64,000 nt of DNA, taken from NCBI GenBank assembly GCA_965249615.1, contig CBDFMI010000006.1, positions 9,933 through 73,932 of the forward strand, written 5' to 3'. Origin of the DNA: a bacterium. GTDB taxonomy: Bacteria; UBA8248; JACPRG01; G963555815. The translations under genes were made by a program, and so were the position numbers. The notes beneath the pieces were generated by a model, which saw only the letters and a list, made by a program, of their open reading frames with translations, made no database searches and was not told where the DNA came from. Shown here piece after piece: positions 10,839 through 19,249 of this stretch; position 1 is the first letter of the stretch; each line of letters opens with the position of its first letter.

Positions 10839-11055
10839 CGATCTCGAGCTCCATTGGATGAGTCTTGACCTCATCGTAGAACTTTTCAAAAATTTCGCGC
10901 TTGCAGGGATAGAGTTCGCCTTCAATCCCCTGAATTATGTAATCTCCTGGGTCCGCCCTCATCTTCCACTCGAACGTGTTAACGGTGTCAGCCTCTGTGG
11001 CTACTCTGGCGTCCACCAAGATTGGCTTCTTGAAAAACTTCTTCCAATCAGACAT
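10828..11055 (-). CDS. hypothetical phage-associated protein (75 aa)
   Basis: Compact ORF abutting the upstream gene (its ATG at 11055 lies one base past that gene's stop at 11057-11059). ...PGDYIIQGIEGELYPCKREIFEKFYDEV is protein-like. Confidence 0.5.
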   Translation of the reverse strand: MSDWKKFFKKPILVDARVATEADTVNTFEWKMRADPGDYIIQGIEGELYPCKREIFEKFYDEVKTHPMELEIDAC

Positions 11056-11056
11056 C

Positions 11057-11467
11057 TTAACTCCCCAAGAGGGTCTTACGGCTCACGGGCGCAGGGCCGG
11101 TTATCCCGAGGGGACCCGTAAAGATCGTCGCCGCCCTAGCCCCCTTTCTCCTTCTGGCATCTTCCCGGGACTTCCGGGCGGCCTCATCGGCCCTTCCCTC
11201 AACGTCTGGCGGCGCTGCAGGCAGTGGCGGCGCCTTCTCGGCAGGAAGATTCGCCAGCCTGCCCCGAAGTTCCTCCGCGTTGATGGTGTTTCGGCTTCCG
11301 ACCTCCTGAAACGACGAGGGCCCGATGCGCCTTACCCCTGCCCGGACCATTTCATCGTCTGAGAACGCCACAAAGGACTCTTGCTTGAAACGAAGGGGTT
11401 CGGTCAATTTCGAGCCGTAGTAACCTCGAGGGATTCGAGGACTTCTAGAACCTCCAAAAATTGACAT
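11057..11467 (-). CDS. hypothetical phage-associated protein (136 aa)
   Basis: ORF directly downstream of the terminase large subunit on the same strand. No recognisable domain. Confidence 0.4.
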   Translation of the reverse strand: MSIFGGSRSPRIPRGYYGSKLTEPLRFKQESFVAFSDDEMVRAGVRRIGPSSFQEVGSRNTINAEELRGRLANLPAEKAPPLPAAPPDVEGRADEAARKSREDARRRKGARAATIFTGPLGITGPAPVSRKTLLGS

Positions 11468-11479
11468 TGTCTTCCTTTC

Positions 11480-12900
11480 TCAGACGAGGATCATGCTTTC
11501 TTCTTCTTCATCCTCTGGGACATCGTAGTTGTACACGTCGTAGTCCATCACGGCAGTCATCGGCCTGCCAGTCGCCTCTCCAACCCTTCCAACCTGCCCG
11601 CTCATGGCCCAAACCCTAAGAGAGTCCATCCTGTGGCTGTGAACGTCGTGCACCGGGTCTTTCGAGTATTCCCTGTTCTTGGAATCCCACTTCCGGCGAT
11701 ACTCCCTCATGCTCTCGATGACCTTGCTGCAATTTCTCTCGTCAACCCAGAGGCGATTAAAATTCCTGCGCACCGCGTCAATGCCGTCCTGGAACGGAAA
11801 CTTCTTCAGCACCGTCCAGGTGAACCCCAGGCTACTCATGGTCTCCCGCCTCGAGGTCCCCGAACCCAGGTCCCGAACCTCGGCGTCCCACGGCGCGTAG
11901 TGGTTTCCGTAAGCGTAAGGCTTCTCTTTTAGAATCTTGGCGTAGAACTCAAGTCCTTTCCCTTGAGCTTCAAAGAAGTCGATGACGCGGCTTTGGTGTT
12001 GGGTCTCCTGGATGAACGTGATGGTCGTGTTGTCCCGGATTCCGAGGTCCCAATAGGTGTGAACCGGGAGACCTGAATCGCAAGGGACGATTGTGAAGCG
12101 GCCTTCGTCGTAGGCTTTCTTGGCGTATTCCCCGTAGATGGCCCCCTTCAACGCCCCCTCGAAGGACAGAAATAGTCCTGCTCGGCGATGTTGGGGTCCA
12201 TGTTCTCTTCATCGATGAGATGATCCACGTCCTCCCGGGTCTTTGGCCCCTCCCCTTCTGGACGAAAGCGAGCGGTGGCTAGGATGTCCTGATGCTCCAA
12301 CCACCACTTGCTCCCAGGGACGCCGTGCAACTTCTCGGCGGTCTTAAACACCCGCCACCCACGATTCTTCCCCCTCGGAGTGAACGGGAAAATAGCGATC
12401 CCCCTGTTGGCCTCGAGGATGGGCCGGGTCAATTCCCACGCCTGGGGATTCGCAATCGGATGCTCACTACCCACGCAACACACTGGGTTCCGGCCAATGA
12501 TGGACTTCTCAAGCCTGTCGGTCCCCACCAGCTGAAGCATAGACCCGTACTTAAATCTCACCTTCAACTCCGTCTCGTTCTTGCCAGGAAAACCCATTTT
12601 GTTGAGGGCAATCAGCTCCTTCGGAATGCGGTCAAAAAACGGAACCCCCTCATTGTCAATACCCTCCCATATAACCCCCCTCGCCTGACCATACTCTGGG
12701 AATCCGTAGAGATAGGTTCCGACACGGGTTTGAGCGAGGGCAATAACAGCGTTGAGAGTGTCAAGGTCCTTGCCGTAGCGACGATGGCACACCCTAACTA
12801 GGCGGGTCTTCCCCCCCAGGAACAGAGCCCGCCAAAATGGGCGCTGGTAGGGTCTCGGCCGGTACCTGTAGGAAAATCTTATTTTGAGGCTTCCAGACAA
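11480..12900 (-). pseudogene. phage terminase large subunit, split by one frame break near 12151-12170
   Basis: N-terminal ORF (TTG 12900 after an AAGGAGG RBS) has the ATPase part (CHRRYGKD Walker-A-like) and ends ...AEQDYFCPSRGR*. The next frame reads SFEGALKGAIYGEYAKK... and continues into the nuclease half (11480-12151). Confidence 0.75.
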
Positions 12901-13497
12901 GGGGGTGTCCCTCCTTCAGATTCCCATCCGCGCCCACAATCTGGATGGAAACCGAAATGTCTTGGCTTGGGTCCCCTTCGAACCCACCATGCTCAACGAG
13001 CCACTTGAGCGCGCCCATCCTGTCCTGCGCCCTCTGGGGAACATAAGTCTTGCTCCTCTTCCCACTGTGGTCGAAGGCCACTTCATAAACCGTGTCGGTG
13101 GCGATGGCGTGGATCATCGGGACAATCTTCTCACCGTTCTGCCCAGTGAACTCCTGGATGATCCCCTGGAGGGTTTCGCCCTTGAGAGGCCCATGGGGAC
13201 CGTAGGCTGTCCGGCGAGTTCTCTTCCGGCCGATCTTCCAGATCCTCGACCCCGCCGGGGACAAAGATGAAGTCGTTGGGGGAGATGGTGGGGTCTTTCA
13301 GAATGGCCCGCGCACTCTGGACCAAGAGAAAAACGTCAAGAACCATCGGCCGAGCCCCCTTGTTCCGCAACCGGGACATCCGGCCGATGTCCATTCCGCA
13401 CTCCCGGGCAAGGTCGCCCCCCGGTCACGTTCCGAGACTTCAGAAAATAGTCAAGACGGAAACCGTCTTCCATATCCTGAAGGGGTCCGGCCATCAT
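12794..13497 (-). pseudogene. probable terminase small subunit / HTH protein spread over three frames
   Basis: MMAGPLQDMEDGFRLDYFLKSRNVTGG (frame 1), then DLARECGMDIGRMSRLRNKG... (HTH-like, frame 2), then ...KGETLQGIIQEFTGQNGEKIV...RAQDRMGALKWLVEHGG... (frame 3). The switches coincide with the C6 run 13417-13422 and the C/G runs 13250-13260. Confidence 0.4.
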
Positions 13498-14127
13498 TCC
13501 TTGACCTTTCGGTTCGAAAATTGGTGCGGGTTCCCCCGCCTACCTGGGGGCGATGCCCAATACCTTCGGACGTTGCGCCGTCTAGGCTTCATCCTGTCCG
13601 TGGGGACTCTTGGCCGTCGCCGCTCACGAGCCACCTACCACCGCCCCGTCCAGAGCATCCACACGAAAAAGCGAAACTTATGCCAAAATGACGCCGTCTT
13701 CCGCTTGATTTTCATGCCCACTCGATGACGTGAACTTGGCATCCAATACCTCATATCAATATTTCCTATTTAAAAAATGACAGCCGACTTGCTGTCTGTC
13801 AAGGAAAATTATCGCCGTCTGGACAGCGGGAAAATCACAACGGGTTGGGGTGAAAATAAATTCAGGACCTATCTGATGGGGGTGCCCGGGACCCAATGAC
13901 TGTCAACGTCAACCAATACCCCATGACGGACCCTATACGGGAATAAGCAAAAACGGAAAAACTCTCAAATTGCGCGGATAGGTTCCCATAACGCGAAGGG
14001 CCGCCCCGAAAATCCGGGGGGTCAGTTCCTCAATTTTTCCCCAGAAGGGGATTGATAATCCGCCGGACCCCAATTCTACGAAAACCCAACCTCCTTGTAA
14101 AACAAAGCTTCTAAAAGAAATTCAACC

Positions 14128-14207
14128 GCTTGCCCGATTTGCCGGATTCCGCCGGCGTTCGCCAAAGACCGCTGAATACCGCCCCGGTTTTCACAGTTTG
14201 TTCACAG
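14128..14207. repeat. module-A left-end block: 59-nt conserved block plus tandem TTCACAG heptamers
   Basis: 14128-14186 matches the reverse complement of 24493-24551 with one mismatch by eye. TTCACAG at 14190-14196 and 14201-14207 (11-bp period). Confidence 0.8.
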
Positions 14208-14225
14208 CAAAAGGAGGATGACTCC

Positions 14226-14366
14226 ATGGCAGAGGCCACCTATGGGCCCGCGCTCGAGTTGGCCATCAAGAATGCGGAGGACGACGTGGTAGAGCTTGAC
14301 TCACAGATGAATTGGTGGCTGGCAGGAGGGGTGTTCGCAACCCACATGAAGCGGGAGACGCCATGA
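14226..14366 (+). CDS. small chimeric protein (46 aa): TYGPALE-type N-terminus fused to a membrane-protein N-terminus
   Basis: AAGGAGG RBS. MAEATYGPALELAIKNAEDDVVELDSQ matches the 68-aa protein at 24071-24277. The following MNWWLAGGVF matches the start of the 55-aa protein at 23692-23859. Confidence 0.45.
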   Translation: MAEATYGPALELAIKNAEDDVVELDSQMNWWLAGGVFATHMKRETP

Positions 14367-14656
14367 GAATTCCCAAGAAGGTCAAGATCGGTGGCCTTGT
14401 TTATGAAGTCGTGTTCGATGCGAAACACTGCGTTGCTCAGAGTGTTTACGGGCAAGAGAGCGCATACAGGCAGAAGATATTCTTGGATCCAAATGTGCCA
14501 AGGGACAGGCAAGAGGAAACCTTTATCCATGAGATCCTTCACGCCATAGACCACTCATTTAATTCCAACAAGAATCGTCTTGGGGAGCAGAAGGTTCAAT
14601 TCATATCTTCTGCTCTCTACATGGTTTTGAAGGAAAACGGGATCTTTACGAAATGA
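14363..14656 (+). CDS. small HExxH-motif protein (97 aa), putative metallopeptidase-like
   Basis: ATGA overlap with the upstream ORF. The motif FIHEILHAIDH contains HExxH. Confidence 0.5.
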   Translation: MRIPKKVKIGGLVYEVVFDAKHCVAQSVYGQESAYRQKIFLDPNVPRDRQEETFIHEILHAIDHSFNSNKNRLGEQKVQFISSALYMVLKENGIFTK

Positions 14657-14998
14657 GAACCGTCGGAATAGGATCCGGAACTCAAGCGAGCAGGGGTGGC
14701 AGTGGCTGACGGTTCCAATTAAAAACCCAAACGAGATGCTTTACACCCAAGGAGCTATGACTCTCTTTTGTCTCTGGCAAAAACGAAGGGTTGTCAGTGT
14801 GGTATGGTGCGCCGCCGAGGCGTTCATGCCACTTCGGATTGTGGGGTGAGACGCATCCTGATAAGGGATCAGATTCCCAAATGCAAGGTTTTTTATACAG
14901 ATTCTATTTTTTGGTTTTATTCCAACACTTTGCGGCGGCTTCTCGGGCTATCTCAGAGAGCCGTTTCTTGCTCAATTTCTTCGCCGACGGGGGTTGCC

Positions 14999-15238
14999 GT
15001 GAAAAAGATTCTAACGGACGAAGAAGAACACAGAGACAACAGGACATTCGTTCTGGCTCATCGGGCGTGTCTCGAAATCAACCCCACCCATCCCGACAAC
15101 GTTGCAGAGAATTTGGTGGCGTTGGTGCAAACCTGCGAATCGGCAGTTAAAGAAAAAGACCTCGGTAGACTGATTACGAGAGTTGGAATTATTGGAGAAG
15201 TCCTCGCCCGCATGGGTGCGGTGAAGGAGGGGGGATGA
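14999..15238 (+). CDS. hypothetical protein (start uncertain)
   Basis: ORF ends in an ATGA overlap with the next gene. A GTG start at 14999 is assumed, because the upstream part of the computed ORF looks non-coding. Confidence 0.3.
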   Translation: MKKILTDEEEHRDNRTFVLAHRACLEINPTHPDNVAENLVALVQTCESAVKEKDLGRLITRVGIIGEVLARMGAVKEGG

Positions 15239-15348
15239 GACCCCGGGAGTATTGCCCCGCTTGCGGGTGTGTCCGTGAGGTCGTCCGAATCAAGGGCAAA
15301 GACTACTGCGCGGAGTGCAAGACGCTCCTGGCAACGTGCTGTGATTAA
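15235..15348 (+). CDS. 37-aa zinc-ribbon protein (CxxC...CxxC)
   Basis: MRPREYCPACGCVREVVRIKGKDYCAECKTLLATCCD. A paralog lies at 23449-23562 (MTPQEYCGTCGCIREVIRIKGKDYCAECKTLLATCCD). Confidence 0.6.
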   Translation: MRPREYCPACGCVREVVRIKGKDYCAECKTLLATCCD

Positions 15349-15360
15349 GGAGGCGTGCGA

Positions 15361-15546
15361 ATGACCCTCACCCCCCGCCAGAGAGTGAAGGAGTTTTTGC
15401 TGGAGTATGAAGGCAAGCCCTACCGCTTCCCCAACGAAGAAGCGGTGCAAGATTTTGTCACTTGCATGGAAGAAATCAAGAAAGCCGGGGAAACCAGGAA
15501 GGCCATAGAGAGAGCATGGCGTGAGACATTCGATGACCCTTTCTAA
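15361..15546 (+). CDS. hypothetical protein (61 aa)
   Basis: AAGGAGG RBS 7 nt upstream of the ATG. The N-terminus M.L.PRQR is shared with the paralogous position in copy B (23278-23436). Confidence 0.45.
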   Translation: MTLTPRQRVKEFLLEYEGKPYRFPNEEAVQDFVTCMEEIKKAGETRKAIERAWRETFDDPF

Positions 15547-15814
15547 ACGCCGGCGAGAGGTGGCGAAGGCGGTTGATGCCCTTTCTCAGGCAAAACCCAA
15601 GCCGACAAAGGAGGAATTGAAGATGCTTCACGATTTAGAGAATGAAATGGAAACCTACTCGAAAAAAACGAATGAAATTAAAGGTGAAATAAATTCATAC
15701 TCGGCGAATAGCCTGAAACCATCAGGAGACAAGGACACCTTCGAAGCCCTGCTCAAGCGGGCTGTTCAACCTTCAACAATCCCACCAGAAGACGATACAT
15801 CCGATCCGTCATAG
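15521..15814 (+). CDS. hypothetical coiled-coil protein, 3' end probably disrupted by the IS insertion
   Basis: The ORF runs into the IS1595-like element. Its last ~20 codons overlap the transposase C-terminus on the opposite strand. Confidence 0.3.
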   Translation: MRHSMTLSKRRREVAKAVDALSQAKPKPTKEELKMLHDLENEMETYSKKTNEIKGEINSYSANSLKPSGDKDTFEALLKRAVQPSTIPPEDDTSDPS

Positions 15815-16151
15815 ACCTGGTGTTGTGCCGGAAGTCGAACTCGCCCAGGTACTTCGGCAAGTGCTTCCGAGATACGTGGATATGCGTGCTCAGAATGCTC
15901 CGCTTGAGTAGCGACCAGTAGCCGTCAATGCTGTTCGTGTGGCTTTTTCCCCGCAAAACAAGAACATAGTGACCGTAGATCGTTTCGTTAGGTGAGACTC
16001 TACCGTCCAGTCGAGGCAGAAAGACGTTCCAAACAGTCTGATATAATCGACGGACTTTTGTGTGACCAAATAAACCGGCATAGGTCAGAGTGCCATCCCG
16101 CCCGATGCTGATTGAAAAAACCAAGCGACTTCCAAAATCCCATTCAAACAT
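15753..16151 (-). pseudogene. chimeric ORF: unknown ~65-aa N-part fused in frame to the IS1595 transposase C-terminal segment
   Basis: C-part ...RGKSHTNSIDGYWSLLKRSILSTHIHVSRKHLPKYLGEFDFRHNTR is the HTN.IE / FR.N end of the DDE_Tnp_IS1595 domain. The upstream part (MFEWDFGSRLVFSISIGRDGTLTYAGLFGH...) is unrelated. Confidence 0.6.
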
Positions 16152-16248
16152 AATTTCACCATCAGTCTCTGGGACTATTTCAGGGACTCGAACTGTGCCC
16201 AGAAGAAGATTAAGAAACTGCTTGGCGTAGTAATATGTACGGAAGTTC

Positions 16249-17469
16249 CTAGTTTACGGTCTTGAGAATAGCGATAAGATACGCCTGATCCCGATCCCCT
16301 TTCAGGCTGTTACACGCCCCACATAACAGTTGTAGATTATCCAGGTGATCACTCCCGCCCTTGCTCTGGGGCACAATGTGGTCAGTGGTGAAATTGCGGA
16401 ATGGAAAGGCCACCTTGCAACCTCCGCACAGTCCTTCCTGCTTCCCGAATAGAAGGTGCTTGTGGGTCCGATAACTGGGGAGCTTTCCATGATCCGTGCG
16501 CTTAGGAATATCGGATCGTCGGTTCGGTTTGAAATTGTGAAACAGGTCAATCTCCTTGCGGATTCGGACCTGCACAAGATCGGCCGCCTTCTTAGATAGG
16601 TCTATGCCCACCCATTCCCGACCAAGGCGCTCAGCCGCCACGCAAGCTGTAGCGCATCCGGCGAACGGGTCCAGGATCATATCTCCCTCATTGCTACTGG
16701 ATTTGATGATACGATCCAGGAGCTTGAGCGGCTTCTGAGTGGGGTAGCCGACGCGCTCTGTTTTATCAGAAGGCATGATCGGCTGAATAGTCCACCAATC
16801 CTCAGGATGTTTCCCGCGCTCATTGGGCCTGTAGCCTTCATATACTTTGTTGGAGCGGTAGGATTTATCATAGCGACTCGCGCTCGAATTCAGAACGTCA
16901 TCCGAATATGGAATCCTTACGGCATCGACGTTAAAGGTGGCGGTCTTGGTCTTTGAGTACCTGAGCAGGATATCGTGCTTGCGGGCAAAATCGGCTTTAG
17001 GTACGCCGCCTCCGCGATAGCACCATACAATCTCATTCCTGAAACGCCCCATTCCGAACACAGCATCCATGAGCAGCTTGAGATAGTGGCTTGCCGTGGG
17101 ATCGCAGTGTAGATAGATTGATCCTGCGTTCCTCAAAATCCGCCTCATCTCAAGCAGCCTCACGGCCATCATGATGAGATACGACTTCATGCCCTTGCCG
17201 TGCGCCTCGCCAGTCGCCCCGACGACTGCATACACAGCCGGGTTTTGCTCGGCTATTTCCCCGTGCCACGCATCGTCCACGTCGTCCAGGGTCCAGGTAT
17301 CCTTGAAGGCCGCTCCCGCTGCCCCAGAGCCGATAGGGGCGCTATAGGTGCGGTTACTGTTGAAAGGCGGGTCCAGGTAGATCAGATCCACACATCCGCT
17401 GTTCATGCCGCGCATGATGTCGAGGTTGTCACCCGTCCACATCGTTCGGTTTTTCCAGTTGGGTTCCAT
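16249..17469 (-). CDS. DNA methyltransferase (beta-class N6A/N4C, PF01555-like) fused to a C-terminal HNH nuclease domain
   Basis: Motif IV DLIYLDPPFNS lies near the N-terminus and motif I ILDPFAGCATACVAAERLGREWVGIDL lies later. The C-terminus CGGCKVAFPFRNFTTDHIVPQSKGGSDHLDNLQLLCGACNSLKG is an HNH motif. Confidence 0.85.
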   Translation of the reverse strand: MEPNWKNRTMWTGDNLDIMRGMNSGCVDLIYLDPPFNSNRTYSAPIGSGAAGAAFKDTWTLDDVDDAWHGEIAEQNPAVYAVVGATGEAHGKGMKSYLIMMAVRLLEMRRILRNAGSIYLHCDPTASHYLKLLMDAVFGMGRFRNEIVWCYRGGGVPKADFARKHDILLRYSKTKTATFNVDAVRIPYSDDVLNSSASRYDKSYRSNKVYEGYRPNERGKHPEDWWTIQPIMPSDKTERVGYPTQKPLKLLDRIIKSSSNEGDMILDPFAGCATACVAAERLGREWVGIDLSKKAADLVQVRIRKEIDLFHNFKPNRRSDIPKRTDHGKLPSYRTHKHLLFGKQEGLCGGCKVAFPFRNFTTDHIVPQSKGGSDHLDNLQLLCGACNSLKGDRDQAYLIAILKTVN

Positions 17470-18186
17470 TCAATCATCATACCATTTGTCGTGACGGATG
17501 ACCCTGTGGGGGAGAACCTTCGACATCCCGAGGTAGCCCTTGTACTCGTCCGTGATGAGCTCCGATTCGTGTGTCTTGATTCGATCCAGGACAAAGGCTC
17601 TCAGATTCTTGGCCTTCAAGCTCTTTTTGTTCACGGCTTTGGCCGTCACCCTTCCCCCTCGCTCCACAGCGCCGACTACAGGAGCCTTATCTGTTCCGCG
17701 GCCCCGCTTTGACGTGTCACCCCTCCGGCCTTTCCATTTCCGGGGCTTGCCGCCCACATAGGTTTCGTCCATCTCCACGATTCCGGTGAGCATATTCCTG
17801 TGTTCGCCCTGGGTCATGGACTTCCGTATCTGCATGGCGATGCGCCAGGCCGTGTTCTTGTTCACCTTGAGATCGCGCGAGAGTTGAAGGGCGGAAAGCC
17901 CCTTCTTGGCGTTCAGAATGAGATTGATTGCGAGAAACCATTTCTGAAGGGGCATATGCGTATGGTGAAATATGGTGGCGACTGTAACACTGAAGCCCGT
18001 TTTGCACTCGTAGCATCGCCACCGGTGCTGATTGCGAGCTACGTTGATGGAGCCGCAATAGGGGCAGCAAGGGTTGTCCCCCCATCGGGCTTTCTCAAGA
18101 TGTTCGATGCAGGATTTTTGGTTTGGAAACCGTTCGAATATGTGTACAATATCCGCGACACTCCGCTCCTTGTTGGGGTTAACCGC
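17470..18186 (-). pseudogene. IS1595-family transposase, N-terminal zinc-ribbon plus first part of the DDE domain (truncated, no canonical start)
   Basis: ...CIEHLEKARWGDNPCCPYCGSINVARNQHRWRCYECKTGFSVTVATIFHHTHMPLQKWFLAINL...VEMDETYVGGK...ITDEYKGY...HRVIRHDKWYDD*. The stop comes just where the HTN.IE segment is expected. The only in-frame ATG/GTG/TTG is ATG 17955, which lies downstream of the zinc ribbon. Confidence 0.75.
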
Positions 18187-18589
18187 TCATCCTGACGATG
18201 AACAATATACCCCTTCAAGGGCGGTGTGTCAAGACCTTAAAATGGGAAATTCCGATCTCTAAACACTCTCCGCTAGTCTCCTTACGTTTCGTTCCCAATC
18301 AGCATTCAATCCCTGGCCAAATCTAATCATTACCTCTAATAGAAGCTCATTTGTGGAAGTCAAAACCATAGCGATAAAGGAAAGCAGCCCAGTCCATCAA
18401 TCCGGAAAGGTTGGAGTCGGGCGAGGTTAGTTGGGGCCCGGACAATGAGCCTCCGCGCCAGATGGATCCCTCCTTCACAGCCGCACAGGCGTATGACTTT
18501 TTAGCTGGAAGGGGATTTCTGGGCCCGCCGCCGTCTCGGACTTGAGGGCTCTCTGCACTCCTTCACGACTGACCCCATCACTCCGCCGT

Positions 18590-18970
18590 CTCAGGTATAA
18601 GACCTTAAAGACCTTTTAGACCTTATAAGGTCCTAAGACCTTAAAGACCTAAAGACGTTAAAGGGTCTATACCCTCTCACGCTCATCCCCTCAAAACCTC
18701 AGACTTTCATCCTCGATGCCCTCTTACTCGACCTCCTGAGCCCTTGCCTAAATTCACCCATCCCCCGTCCCATACCTTCAGACCTGCCTAAAGGCCAAGG
18801 TCTCAAGAGATTCAGGACTGAATGGGTGAAGGGAATGAGATAAACGCGAGAGCCGAGAAAAACGTTATGGCTCGGACGGACGGCCGAGGTCCGCGCCGCC
18901 TTGCCACCCCTCCCCCCGTGGGGGATGCAGAGCCCCGAACCCCCCCCTCCGTTCACAGTTCGTTCACAGT
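18590..18970. repeat. left arm of large inverted repeat (end of module A)
   Basis: The reverse complement of 19100-19465 aligns along the whole arm. 18771-18929 vs 19142-19301 shows one substitution and one 1-nt indel by eye. Confidence 0.85.
18596..18672. repeat. array of ~8 short AAGACC-type repeats, about 9-bp phased (iteron-like)
   Basis: AGACC at 18600, 18609, 18618, 18636 and 18645; AGACG at 18653. Inverted copies near 18629 and 18663. Confidence 0.8.
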
Positions 18971-18983
18971 CCGGGGGACGTAG
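18822..18983 (+). CDS. possible conserved small ORF (53 aa) inside the repeat arm
   Basis: MGEGNEINARAEKNVMARTDGRGPRRLATPPPVGDA... The first 36 codons equal those of the mirror ORF 19091-19249 except for one synonymous GAA/GAG change. AGGA lies 4 nt upstream of the ATG. Confidence 0.3.
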   Translation: MGEGNEINARAEKNVMARTDGRGPRRLATPPPVGDAEPRTPPSVHSSFTVRGT

Positions 18984-19020
18984 GGCAAAAAAGGGTTGAT
19001 AGCAAAGGGAATCCAGGTGG

Positions 19021-19049
19021 GACGCAGGGGATTATCAATCCCCTGCGTC
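19021..19049. repeat. perfect 13-bp inverted repeat with a 3-nt spacer at the centre of the island palindrome
   Basis: GACGCAGGGGATT-ATC-AATCCCCTGCGTC. Confidence 0.9.
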
Positions 19050-19090
19050 TTCCCTGAGTTCGGTTGACTGTCAACGCCTTTCAGTTCTAC

Positions 19091-19249
19091 CTAGCCCGGA
19101 GTGTGAAGAGAATGTGAACGGAGGGGGGGAGTTCGGGCCCTTGCATCCCCCACGGGGGGAGGGGTGGCAAGGCGGCGCGGACCTCGGCCGTCCGTCCGAG
19201 CCATAACGTTTTTCTCGGCTCTCGCGTTTATCTCATTCCCCTCACCCAT
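19091..19249 (-). CDS. possible conserved small ORF (52 aa), mirror copy
   Basis: MGEGNEINARAEKNVMARTDGRGPRRLATPPPVGDA... then diverges from the copy at 18822-18983. Confidence 0.3.
   Translation of the reverse strand: MGEGNEINARAEKNVMARTDGRGPRRLATPPPVGDARARTPPLRSHSLHTPG

Larger units (their letters stand above)
15731..18230 (-). mobile_element. IS1595-family insertion sequence (boundaries approximate) carrying a nested insertion
   Basis: Transposase N- and C-terminal parts lie at 17470-18186 and 15753-15965. Possible imperfect terminal inverted repeats are GGACACCTTCGAAG (15733-) and CCTTCAAGGGCGGTGTGTC (-18230). Confidence 0.55.

Noticed and set aside
15753-18186. The insert in the IS1595 transposase as an intein or bacterial intein-like domain with an HNH homing nuclease
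   Set aside because: The transposase frame hits a stop (DD-TGA) at the upstream junction. The MTase-HNH gene has its own start, and no intein splice-junction blocks are visible. It is a DNA-level insertion.
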